From Candidatus Saccharimonadota bacterium (lineage in GTDB: Bacteria; Patescibacteriota; Gracilibacteria; UBA4473), in assembly GCA_020632335.1 (NCBI GenBank), contig JACKFV010000001.1, positions 480,001-512,000 on the forward strand: DNA of 32,000 bases, in the 5' to 3' direction. Numbering within the stretch: position 1 is the first letter of the stretch; each line of letters opens with the position of its first letter. The notes beneath the pieces are model-generated. The model was not told the DNA's origin and made no database searches. It saw only the letters and a list, made by a program, of their open reading frames with translations. This document shows, piece after piece, positions 8,401-15,692 of the stretch. The position numbers and the translations under genes are program-made.

Positions 8401-11400
8401 GCCGTGCCCGCTGCCACCATGTATGCCCTCACCATTGCAGACATCATGCCGCGGCCCGTCAGCTCTCCGGCCAGCGCGCCAGACTTCTTCCGCGTAGAGA
8501 GCGTGACCCAGACCCCTACGGATATCTTCACCGAGGAGCCCACCATCACCCTCTCAGATACCAACGCTGATGGGAATAATGACCGCTTTGACATCGTCTA
8601 TCCCCTAGCGATTAAAGACCCCAGCGCGACCGACACGCACCTGGAGTTCCTCGTGGTGGCCACCGTGCTCAATACCCCCGCGACGCGCAACCTCATGACA
8701 CTGCGCAATACCGCGTATGTTTACTTCCAGAACGATAAAGGTGTGTGGTCCAGCCCCGAGCAAGACTCGCAAGACGTGCAGTTTGTGGTGCCGCGGCTGA
8801 CGCTGGAGAAAAGCGCGGATACCACCGAGGTAGAGGCCGGAGACGTCACCCTCATCACCCTCACCTATGACCACCACAATGCCAGCTCTGCGGCAGATGC
8901 CTTCCATCTGCAGCTGGTAGATGCCCTCCCACCAGAGATGCGTGCGGTGGGAGACTTTGGCACCGATGGGGTGGATAACGATGGCGATGGCGCTATAGAC
9001 GAAGCCGATGAGGCTGCAGCGGCTTTCTTTGATCCGGGGACGCAAACGCTCACCTTTAATGACTCCACCACCGACAATCCCGCCTTCACGCAGTATAAGA
9101 AGAGCGATGCTCCTATTACCATTGCTTTCTATGCGCAGTTCACGGCGGAGGTGCGGCCCGCTACGCAGGTGACGAATACCGCGACGCTGACGGCCACCAC
9201 GCTGCCAGAAGACAGCCCCGACGCCCGTACCATCAGCGTGAGTGACCACCATAACTTTACGATAGAGCCGATCACCATCGAGAAGTACGTTGCCAATACC
9301 AGTAATGGTGACACCGGCACCAGTGCCTATACCCCCACACTCACAGACCTCGCTCTGGGGGAGGAGGTGACGTATCATATTCCTATTACGGTGCCAGAGA
9401 GCACCATGACGGCCTTCACGGTGGTGGATACCCTGCCCCCCTTCTTAGAGGCGCTGGGCGGAGAAATCGTCTCTACTGATGGCATCACCCACACCATGAC
9501 TGCCCCCACGCTGGAGGACAGCAATGGCGATGGCACGCTTGACCGAGTGATCTTTGCGCTGGGGACTGTGCGTAATGACGTAGCTGATGACGACACCGAG
9601 ACGCTCCTGCTTAGCGTTACCGCGCGGCTCTTGCCCGTGGAGGGCGTGCCAGCTGGGCGAGCGCTCACCAACACCGTCACCGCCACGTATAGCGAGAACC
9701 CTCACCCTCCCTATACCGCTAGCGCTGTGGTGGAGCCTCTTATCCCCACCCTCCGGCTGGAGAAGACCGCCAGCCCCCTCCTTGCCCTGCCAGGGGAGGA
9801 CGTCACCTATACCCTCACGGTGACGAATATCGGCAATGCCCCTGCCTATGATCTCACCCTTACCGACCCCCTCACACCGGTACTCCATGCAGTAGAGAGC
9901 TTTGCCAGTGATGGGCGAGACGAGACCGGTAATGGCGTTGCTGATGACGCCCCTGAGGACACCGCGCCCTTCTATGACCGTGCGGAGCAGCGCTTCCTCT
10001 GGGACGTCAGCACCACGAACAATGATGCCTTTGCGCGGCTCTTACCGGGGGAGCAGATCACCCTGCAGTTCTTGGCCGAGCTGGACACCAGCGTCACCCC
10101 CGCCAGCAACCAGCAGAATACCGCCACGCTACAGTACCAGGCGCTCCCCGGTCCTCTTGACGCTGCAGCACGCCCCGCACCGGGGATGACCTTCACCACC
10201 AGTGATGATGCGGTGATCACCGTTCCCTTTGACAGTAGCGTGACCAAGGACCTGCGCGACGACGACACCGAGAAACGCATTGGCGATACCATCCCCTACA
10301 CCATACGCCTGCAGGTGCAGGAGGGAGTGCTCGACCCCGTGAGCCTGACCGATACGCTCCCGGCAGGGCTGGCATACCTCCCCGGTACGCTGCGCATTGG
10401 CACCAGCCCCAGCGTGCAATACAGCGCCAGCGTGACCGACTGGGACGCCATTACCCCGGCGTCTGAGGGCATCACTACCGGCGAGAGCCAGACGCTCGAG
10501 CTGCTCCTGGGGCGGATAGAAAACACTGACACCGACCCCAGTAGTGAGGAGTACCTGTGGGTGGATTTTGACGCGCTGGTGATGAACACCGCCGACAACG
10601 CCGAAGGCACCACGCACCAGAATGCCGCCACGGTGAACTTTGCCGGTACGGTGGTGGGGCCCGTACTTGCCCCGGTGGTGACCGTACACGAGCCGCAGCT
10701 CAGCATTCACATCACCCCCAGCTATACCGGGGGGTCTACGGTGCTCTATACCGTGACTATAGCCAGTACGGGCACCCATAGCGCTGACGAGGCCTTTGAC
10801 CTCGACCTCTGGACGCTCTTCCCTCCCGAGCTTACCTATAATGGTGATCTCACACTCGTGAATGGCCACCGCCCCCCTACCGAGATCACCACGGGCCTCC
10901 CACACGTGCAGTGGCAGCTGGAGGACTTCCCGCCTCTCTACACCACTGCTAACCCCTATACCTTCACCTTTACCGCTACGGTAGGGGCAACCGTCACCGC
11001 TGGCCAGAGTATTACCGTGCCAGTAGACCTGCCATATACGTCTCAGCCAGGGGCGCCCGGAGAGCGTATCCCTGGGAATCCCCTCTCTACCGAGCGTACG
11101 GGGGATACCGCGCTTGGTGGTGGGGCCGAGAACGACTACCGCACGCAAGACAGCGCCACCATCACGCTTACTCGGGCAGACCTACGGACGTCGCTCAAGA
11201 CCGTTATAGACGTCAACGGTGGCCTGGTGCAGCCCGGTGACACTCTGCGCTACCGCCTGGAGGTGGTCAATACCGGGAATGTCCCCGCGCGTGACGTGCT
11301 GGTGAGCGACTCCATCCCCGCACAGACCGAGCACTTCACCTGGGTTATTGGCCCAGACGCCACGGTGGTAGACGAGAGTAATACCTCCACCGGTGGAGAG

Positions 11401-13248
11401 TATGACAACGGCCTGGTGCAACTGCGGGGCTTTACGCTGGCGCCTCTGGCAGAAGCACCCGAGAACACGCGTATCTTCGAGTACACCGTGACTGTCGTAG
11501 AGAATGCTCTCCCGCATCAGCCCATTACGAATGCCTTCACCGCGACCACGCCTGATGGCCCTGGAGGGGAAGACAGCACCACCACTACTGTCGAGCAGCC
11601 AGAGCTCAGCATTGTGAAGAGTGCCTTCCCCAGCGGCCCTGTGCACCCCGGTGATCTGGTCACCTATACCGTCACGGTGCAGAATACCGGGAATGCCCCT
11701 GCCAGCAATGTCCTGCTCACTGACCCCCTGCCCGATACCATGCGCTACGTACCCGGGACGCTCTTGCTAGACGATCACCCGCTTACCGATGCCGCAGATG
11801 CCGATGCGGCTGACTATAACCACACCAGCAGTACCGCCGTTACGCTTGCCTGGCCCAGCCTGGCGGTGGAGGAGCAGCTGACGCTGCGCTTCACGGTGCA
11901 GATGGCCGCGCTGAGTGGCCTGGTGACGAATACCGCCACCGTACGGGACGACACCGGCAGAGAGACACAGGGCAGCGCCAGCGTGCTCGTCGTCCCCGAG
12001 GAAGGCACTCTGCCCCCCACCACCCCGGGGACCGTGCCGTCTACGCCGTATGTGATCCGCTACAGTACCCCGCCAGCAGCCGTGCCCACGACTCCCACAG
12101 TAGTGGTAGAGCAAGAGGACCCGAAGGAACCAGACCTCTTCCTCTACCCCAAGCCTACTACGCGGCAGGTGCTCATCACGCATGCCCCGGTCACTAATGA
12201 CCTGGAGCGGGTGGAGATGATCCCCCAGACCGGAGGGATCCTCCAAGAAGCCCTGGCAGCCTCTCGCTTCACCGACGCTCTCCCCACAGACGCCGCCTAC
12301 CTCCCGGCTATAGAACTCACTAACCAGGGCTACATCCAGCCGAATGCAGACCGCGCCATACGCCTGAGCGATGCTATCACTCGTGCGGAGGCCGTGAAGC
12401 TCATAGCGCTAGGGTTTAAGCAGGCCGATGAGTCTATACCGCTGTCTCTCTCCAGCTCCTATACTGATGTGCCCGACGGCCACTGGGCGTTGCCCTATAT
12501 GCACTACGCCGCTGAGCATGGCCTTATGCAGGGTTATGGGAATGGGAGCTTTGGGCCAGAGGATTCCCTTACGCTCTCTCAGGCGGCGGTAGTGCTCAGT
12601 CGTGTCTTTGGCATCACCCCACAGCAGACGGCCACCGGGAGCCACTGGGCGGAGGGAGCACTCCAGTCTCTCCGTGCGCGGGGAGTCCTCACCGACGAGC
12701 TCCTCCCTGAGGCCACGTATGAGTCAGTGCTCAGTCGTGGGCAGTTCTTCACGCTCTTCTACCGGCTGCTAGAGCTGCGCAATGCTGGCCTGCAGACTTA
12801 CTTTGACGCGCTCACGCTGACTATCCCTTCTCTGGAGATAGAGGCTCTTCCGGTGCGCCGCGGGCTTATCAGTGAGCCGAGCATCTGGAAGAAGGCGCTG
12901 GATGAGGGCGCGGTATTCTACCAGTATAAGCAGCCCGGTAACCGCGGGAAGATCGTGCTCTTTGGCCACTCCTTCAGCAACCCGGCCTATGCTCCTGCGC
13001 GCTATGCCTTCACCAGGCTCATCAAGGGCCTCCACCCCGACGATACCTTTGAGATCACCATTGATGGCATTACCCACCTGTATCAGGTCACCCAGCATGA
13101 GGTCATCAGCGCTGAGGAGGTGCGCGTGCTGGAGAGCTTTGACAGTGGGCGGGCTGACATGGTGCTCTTTACTTGTGATACCACAGATCTCTCGCTCCGG
13201 CATGTCTTTGAGGCTGTGCGGCTGGATAGTTACCCGGCACACCGCTAA
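5413..13248 (+). CDS. Giant (~2,610 aa) secreted repeat protein: DUF11/Cna-B-like repeats, Pro/Thr linker, IPQTGG, 3x SLH, C-terminal sortase domain
   Basis: Uninterrupted 7.9-kb frame. ATG 5413 (alternative ATG 5443) precedes the signal peptide ...MRGVSRFGLCVVSIMGVSMLTGASFA/AP. The track start 5320 is a GTG right after a stop. Repeats of the type PGDLVTYTVTVQNTGNAPASNVLLTDPLP. C-terminal modules are listed separately below. Confidence 0.9.
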   Translation: MVRTVIHIFFMRGVSRFGLCVVSIMGVSMLTGASFAAPVPDCSTTESSITASAAGAFTATVTLENTGDSTGYAPTVSLMLPQELTLLGTQYRGETLPVFQQEVSSTGTVIDALTGQAVAVPIGQTYAAVLLPEGSLPTAHLALSLDLTLAFAPGVPLDTPLSSSLQVTCGFARGATAADDPIADPALSSGPLLLSLTPSSEPPVPPTSTVNALSLQQTVRAVQRGGVFTQNPSPTDPLRAGDMVTYSLTLQQSLPIAATEITLSFPTLFIEAASLTSAGTSVLTAESASSVPAVGELSYGPATLHTGEPLPLPLLMPDAVANTALVSLPDTTSLGNTLELLYTVQIADMPAIDRAPLLVSAAATNAVGADTTGILQTLSMPSLRLQQGIIATTDTGAVFLPVNRGPVPFNPMSNPLAFSDGFVSEDLTIVPIDSNVAGASGGARMRYAVLVENQGSAPAYNITLSDSLSAMQEIPLDETDVNIRVLSGAAVDRTAAFTGGLFGYTAMGATADASNASIQLTEGRLEGLSEQTDRGGSAAGENILLLSYDLQLKTTTQPLMVVSNAASLVRYTAVENSPQNYITSASEHTDFATVSLGGVTMEKRLLPSTVQDLAHTDSTLGDATIGEMIRYQLRFTAPEGDILTPRIVDYIPDGMAYYKPTGVLFNTTCGAKPFVGSIPPLKVPGTPPFPIVPSHQVTSPLGTTGIAGSGEPLRVEFNSNISVTPDGDPDTNTFCMEYEVVVLDMPSNNGLPNYSTLRTNEATLEYGSLGQSIGPVSTTVNIVEPELAITQTITPAMGEGGDTVTITSTVQHTSRSSADAFDVRITNGIVDPSTGIPMVPERFIIDADFANDGIDNDGDGLLDAADPDEVAGSFYDATTRAFRWDQTTVSDALFQHWPMGSTRRLAYRAVIDQSVVPNEIIDNNATVVWDTVPGESVSPLPERQSAAGAGASFRVRNLEIEKTAPFTSAAHTGQSTYLVDTPFLAIGEQVTFRVRVAVPAATMYALTIADIMPRPVSSPASAPDFFRVESVTQTPTDIFTEEPTITLSDTNADGNNDRFDIVYPLAIKDPSATDTHLEFLVVATVLNTPATRNLMTLRNTAYVYFQNDKGVWSSPEQDSQDVQFVVPRLTLEKSADTTEVEAGDVTLITLTYDHHNASSAADAFHLQLVDALPPEMRAVGDFGTDGVDNDGDGAIDEADEAAAAFFDPGTQTLTFNDSTTDNPAFTQYKKSDAPITIAFYAQFTAEVRPATQVTNTATLTATTLPEDSPDARTISVSDHHNFTIEPITIEKYVANTSNGDTGTSAYTPTLTDLALGEEVTYHIPITVPESTMTAFTVVDTLPPFLEALGGEIVSTDGITHTMTAPTLEDSNGDGTLDRVIFALGTVRNDVADDDTETLLLSVTARLLPVEGVPAGRALTNTVTATYSENPHPPYTASAVVEPLIPTLRLEKTASPLLALPGEDVTYTLTVTNIGNAPAYDLTLTDPLTPVLHAVESFASDGRDETGNGVADDAPEDTAPFYDRAEQRFLWDVSTTNNDAFARLLPGEQITLQFLAELDTSVTPASNQQNTATLQYQALPGPLDAAARPAPGMTFTTSDDAVITVPFDSSVTKDLRDDDTEKRIGDTIPYTIRLQVQEGVLDPVSLTDTLPAGLAYLPGTLRIGTSPSVQYSASVTDWDAITPASEGITTGESQTLELLLGRIENTDTDPSSEEYLWVDFDALVMNTADNAEGTTHQNAATVNFAGTVVGPVLAPVVTVHEPQLSIHITPSYTGGSTVLYTVTIASTGTHSADEAFDLDLWTLFPPELTYNGDLTLVNGHRPPTEITTGLPHVQWQLEDFPPLYTTANPYTFTFTATVGATVTAGQSITVPVDLPYTSQPGAPGERIPGNPLSTERTGDTALGGGAENDYRTQDSATITLTRADLRTSLKTVIDVNGGLVQPGDTLRYRLEVVNTGNVPARDVLVSDSIPAQTEHFTWVIGPDATVVDESNTSTGGEYDNGLVQLRGFTLAPLAEAPENTRIFEYTVTVVENALPHQPITNAFTATTPDGPGGEDSTTTTVEQPELSIVKSAFPSGPVHPGDLVTYTVTVQNTGNAPASNVLLTDPLPDTMRYVPGTLLLDDHPLTDAADADAADYNHTSSTAVTLAWPSLAVEEQLTLRFTVQMAALSGLVTNTATVRDDTGRETQGSASVLVVPEEGTLPPTTPGTVPSTPYVIRYSTPPAAVPTTPTVVVEQEDPKEPDLFLYPKPTTRQVLITHAPVTNDLERVEMIPQTGGILQEALAASRFTDALPTDAAYLPAIELTNQGYIQPNADRAIRLSDAITRAEAVKLIALGFKQADESIPLSLSSSYTDVPDGHWALPYMHYAAEHGLMQGYGNGSFGPEDSLTLSQAAVVLSRVFGITPQQTATGSHWAEGALQSLRARGVLTDELLPEATYESVLSRGQFFTLFYRLLELRNAGLQTYFDALTLTIPSLEIEALPVRRGLISEPSIWKKALDEGAVFYQYKQPGNRGKIVLFGHSFSNPAYAPARYAFTRLIKGLHPDDTFEITIDGITHLYQVTQHEVISAEEVRVLESFDSGRADMVLFTCDTTDLSLRHVFEAVRLDSYPAHR
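7963..9960 (+). repeat. Three diverged ~315-333-aa protein modules, each with an Asp-rich DG(I/V)DNDGDG-type loop
   Basis: NDGIDNDGDGLLDAADPDE (7963-8019), TDGVDNDGDGAIDEADE (8962-9012) and SDGRDETGNGVADDAPED (9907-9960). Each is followed by F(Y/F)D....(F/L)xW(D)/FND. Confidence 0.7.
12220..12237 (+). other. Internal sortase-recognition-like motif IPQTGG inside the giant protein
   Basis: Codons atc ccc cag acc gga ggg. This is the only [LI]PxTG match I found scanning the whole ORF by eye. Not followed by a hydrophobic segment or basic tail. YPK at 12145-12153. Confidence 0.6.
12268..12780 (+). other. Three tandem SLH (S-layer homology)-like modules of the giant protein
   Basis: FTDALPTDAAYLPAIELTNQGYIQ...ITRAEAVKLIA; YTDVPDGHWALPYMHYAAEHGLMQGYGNGSFGPEDSLTLSQAAVVLSRVFG; HWAEGALQSLRARGVLTDE...LSRGQFFTLFYRLLE. 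Confidence 0.75.
12808..13245 (+). other. Sortase (transpeptidase) catalytic domain at the C-terminus of the giant protein
   Basis: LTIPSLEIEALPV...LDEGAVFY..QPGNRGKIVLFGHS (His codon 12967-12969) ...DDTFEITIDGITHLYQVTQHEV... ADMVLFTCD (Cys 13174-13176) ...LSLRHVFEAVRL (Arg 13198-13200). Order and spacing match the sortase H-C-R pattern. Confidence 0.8.
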
Positions 13249-14099
13249 GAGATTTGGCTTTCCTCGGCCGCGTGTATGACGTTCTGCAGGAGGGATGCGA
13301 TGGTCATGGGCCCCACGCCACCGGGTACCGGGGTGTAGGTGCTGCAGGTAGCGAGGAAGGCCTCGTCTTGCACACTGTCTCCCACTACAGTACCGGCTGC
13401 AGTGGGGCTGATGCCGATATCGACCACCACGGCACCCGGGCGGAGCATAGCAGCCGTGAGCAGCCCTGGCTTGCCCACCGCGGTGCAGACAATATCTGCC
13501 ATGCGAGTGTGTGAGGAGAGCGCCACTGTGGCTGCATGGCAGATGGTGATGGTGGCTCCGGCATTGAGCAGGGCGAGCGAGAGGGGCCGCCCGATGAGCC
13601 GGCTGTCTGAGATAATGCAGACGTGCTGCCCCTGGAGAGGGATCTCGTAGTGCTGGAGGAGCTGGAGGACTCCTGCGGGGGTGGCGCTGAGCATGGCCCG
13701 GGGGTCCCTGGTAGAGAGCCAGCCGAGTTGCTGGCTGGTACAACCGTCGATATCCTTCTCTGGGGCGATGCGCTCCAGTACTGTATGCGTGGGGAGCGAA
13801 GAGGGGAGCGGGAGCTGCACCATGATGCCGTGGAGGAGCGGATCGCTATTCCACTGCTGTAGCTGGGCGAGTATGCGGGGGAGGTCGGTGTGATGGTGCT
13901 GGTAGTCTACCTGTATGCCGAGCCGCGCTGCCGCCTCTCGCTTCAGCCGGGTGTAGAGCGTGGAGGCGGGGTCGTCACCCACCTGGAGCAGCCCAAAGGC
14001 TGGGGTAATGCTCTGAGACTGGAGAGCAGCTACCCGGGATTGCAGCTGGGCGAGGCACTGCTGCTGGAGGGACTTGCCGTTGAGACATATGGCGGTCAT
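13245..14099 (-). CDS. folD: Bifunctional methylenetetrahydrofolate dehydrogenase/cyclohydrolase
   Basis: 284 aa. LLQVGDDPASTLYTRLKREAAARLGI, TPAGVLQLLQHY, IGRPLSLALLNAGATITICH, PVPGGVGPMTIASLLQN. Its TAG stop overlaps the TAA stop of the giant gene. Confidence 0.93.
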   Translation of the reverse strand: MTAICLNGKSLQQQCLAQLQSRVAALQSQSITPAFGLLQVGDDPASTLYTRLKREAAARLGIQVDYQHHHTDLPRILAQLQQWNSDPLLHGIMVQLPLPSSLPTHTVLERIAPEKDIDGCTSQQLGWLSTRDPRAMLSATPAGVLQLLQHYEIPLQGQHVCIISDSRLIGRPLSLALLNAGATITICHAATVALSSHTRMADIVCTAVGKPGLLTAAMLRPGAVVVDIGISPTAAGTVVGDSVQDEAFLATCSTYTPVPGGVGPMTIASLLQNVIHAAEESQIS

Positions 14100-14157
14100 G
14101 GGGTGAGGATACGGCGTATTGGCTGGTCGTCACGTTTTTTCTGTGGTGATGTACTTA

Positions 14158-14187
14158 AGAGCCTTATTCCGAGGGAAATAAGGCTCT
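14158..14187 (-). terminator. Perfect 11-bp inverted repeat hairpin downstream of the beta-barrel-like gene
   Basis: AGAGCCTTATT (14158-14168), 8-nt loop, AATAAGGCTCT (14177-14187), 16 nt after the stop at 14203. No clean U-tract on the minus strand, so terminator function is uncertain. Confidence 0.4.
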
Positions 14188-14202
14188 GTGTCTTCTGTAG
14201 CG

Positions 14203-14964
14203 CTACATTTTGTAGGGGGTGAAGTGTACCCCTATGAGAGTGTTGGTGGTTGCTTTACTCCCCCCACTTATGGGGAAGGAGCGTGTCCATTCTATAAAGA
14301 AGGGGAGCTTGCCGGTGGTACATCGTAGGCGCAGCTCGCCCCAGGTTTTTGCCGGGGATTTTCCATCAGCCCATAGACGGTAGTATCCATTATTGAGGGA
14401 GAGTTGCAGAGGCCCCATGACTCTGGTGGCTACCCAGCTGAGCATGAGGCGTTTCTGGTGCGGGTACCTTATCTGATGACTGTAGTAAACGCCACTTCCT
14501 AGGAATTTCACGTTGTACAAGAGGGGAAATCCTCCCAGGGATAGGGTGTCTTTTAGTGTCCTGGTGAGTGTAATCATGAAAGAGAGAAAGTCATAGTCTC
14601 CTCCCACATTACCGGTCACCCATTGGATACCTGCTGATACTCCTACATTTCTTAGATGGGTATTGTATTGGCTCCCTATGCTGTAGTCACTCTCAGCTGG
14701 TTTCCCGAGTACTTGGGCTCTGGTGCCCAAGAGGGTGAAACTCCCGTGAGGGGTCTTCCATCTTGTTTTGAGGTTTACAAGCAGGGTGGGGTTATGAGTG
14801 AGCATCACATTATTAGAGATGCGATACCCGTCGATCCCCATGGCCTCCTGGAGTTGTACCTGTTGGAGATGCCAGTTGAGGCTGTCTGTTTGAGAAATTT
14901 GTGCGCTAGCTTGGCTGATACTCAGCACTAGCATTGCAAAAATAATTACTAGTTTCATTTTCAT
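14203..14964 (-). CDS. Secreted protein with beta-barrel (outer-membrane-protein-like) sequence pattern
   Basis: Signal peptide MKMKLVIIFAMLVLSISQASA/Q. Repeated alternating hydrophobic/polar strands (LQLSLNNGYYRLWA, GELRLRCTTG, FFIEWTRSF, TLIGVHFTPY) with an aromatic residue near the C-terminus. GC about 47%, atypical for this window. Confidence 0.55.
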   Translation of the reverse strand: MKMKLVIIFAMLVLSISQASAQISQTDSLNWHLQQVQLQEAMGIDGYRISNNVMLTHNPTLLVNLKTRWKTPHGSFTLLGTRAQVLGKPAESDYSIGSQYNTHLRNVGVSAGIQWVTGNVGGDYDFLSFMITLTRTLKDTLSLGGFPLLYNVKFLGSGVYYSHQIRYPHQKRLMLSWVATRVMGPLQLSLNNGYYRLWADGKSPAKTWGELRLRCTTGKLPFFIEWTRSFPISGGSKATTNTLIGVHFTPYKM

Positions 14965-15215
14965 TTTGACATAGGAATTGATGGTTCACAAGTATTAAAA
15001 GGCACTAAAATTGGGAAATCTCGTAACGTATCAGAAAATGGCAAGATAAAACACTCTACTTTTTTTGATAGAAAAAACCATATTCACTATTCACTTTGAA
15101 GTCAAAGGTGATGTAAATAGTGACTTAAATCTTGAGAGTTTTACACTTGAAGAGGTTAAATACTACAATGGCTTGTACTTAGCAAAATTAGGAATTATTA
15201 ATCTACCAATTTGAA

Positions 15216-15692
15216 ATGAAGGCAATAATCAAAAAACTACTTAAACCAATAATGTTTATTCGGAGACTATATTGGAGATTACTAAGACCAACTACAATTG
15301 GTGTGCGTGCGCTATTACTTACAAAAGACAAAAAAATTTATCTAATTCTACATAATTACTCAAATAAATTTTATTTACCTGGGGGTAAAGTAAAAAAAGG
15401 TGAGTCATTAGAAAAAGCAGTTAAAAGAGAGATAAAAGAAGAAATTGGCGATGTAGAATATCAGAGTCTTGAAGTATTTAGCACTTACTTTAATAACTTC
15501 GAATTTAAGTGCGATTACATAACGGTCTTTGTGGCATTTATTTCTAACGAGATAAAAACGAAATCAGATTTCATTGAGGTTGACGAAGCAAGAATCTTTA
15601 ATTTGAATAAGTTGCCAGATAATATTTCACCTGGAACTAAAAGAAGAATTTTGGAATACCTTGGTAATAAAGAAAAATCTTTCTCGTGGTAG
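15216..15692 (+). CDS. Nudix hydrolase
   Basis: Complete Nudix box GGKVKKGESLEKAVKREIKEEIG (G-x5-E-x7-REUxEExGU). 158 aa, about 30% GC. Confidence 0.88.
   Translation: MKAIIKKLLKPIMFIRRLYWRLLRPTTIGVRALLLTKDKKIYLILHNYSNKFYLPGGKVKKGESLEKAVKREIKEEIGDVEYQSLEVFSTYFNNFEFKCDYITVFVAFISNEIKTKSDFIEVDEARIFNLNKLPDNISPGTKRRILEYLGNKEKSFSW

Noticed and set aside
5709-13743. Many long antisense or out-of-frame ORFs inside the giant gene (for example 6559-7497, 7714-8325, 8605-9378, 10129-11148, 12769-13743, all minus).
   Set aside because: These are typical shadow ORFs of high-GC coding DNA. Their translations are Arg/Gly/His/Pro-rich low-complexity strings with no motifs, and they fully overlap a frame with clear domain content.
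14131-14157. Similarity between the left flank (cacgttttttctgtggtgatgta) and the right flank (16516-16552, cggttttcttctgtttttttcgatgata) of the low-GC island, as a possible target-site duplication.
   Set aside because: Only short T-rich stretches (TTCTGT, GATG) match, and gaps are needed. This is not distinguishable from chance in T-rich intergenic DNA.
14100-14202. ZTP (pfl) riboswitch upstream of folD.
   Set aside because: folD is a common ZTP-regulated gene. However, the minus-strand leader lacks the conserved GGGUCGUGACUGGCG and CCGCCUGGGC elements, and the hairpin present is a simple perfect inverted repeat.
15050-15211. 54-codon stop-free frame upstream of the Nudix gene (…TIFTIHFEVKGDVNSDLNLESFTLEEVKYYNGLYLAKLGIINLPI*).
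   Set aside because: It has no ATG or GTG start and no recognisable motif. It could be a gene remnant but cannot be supported from sequence alone.
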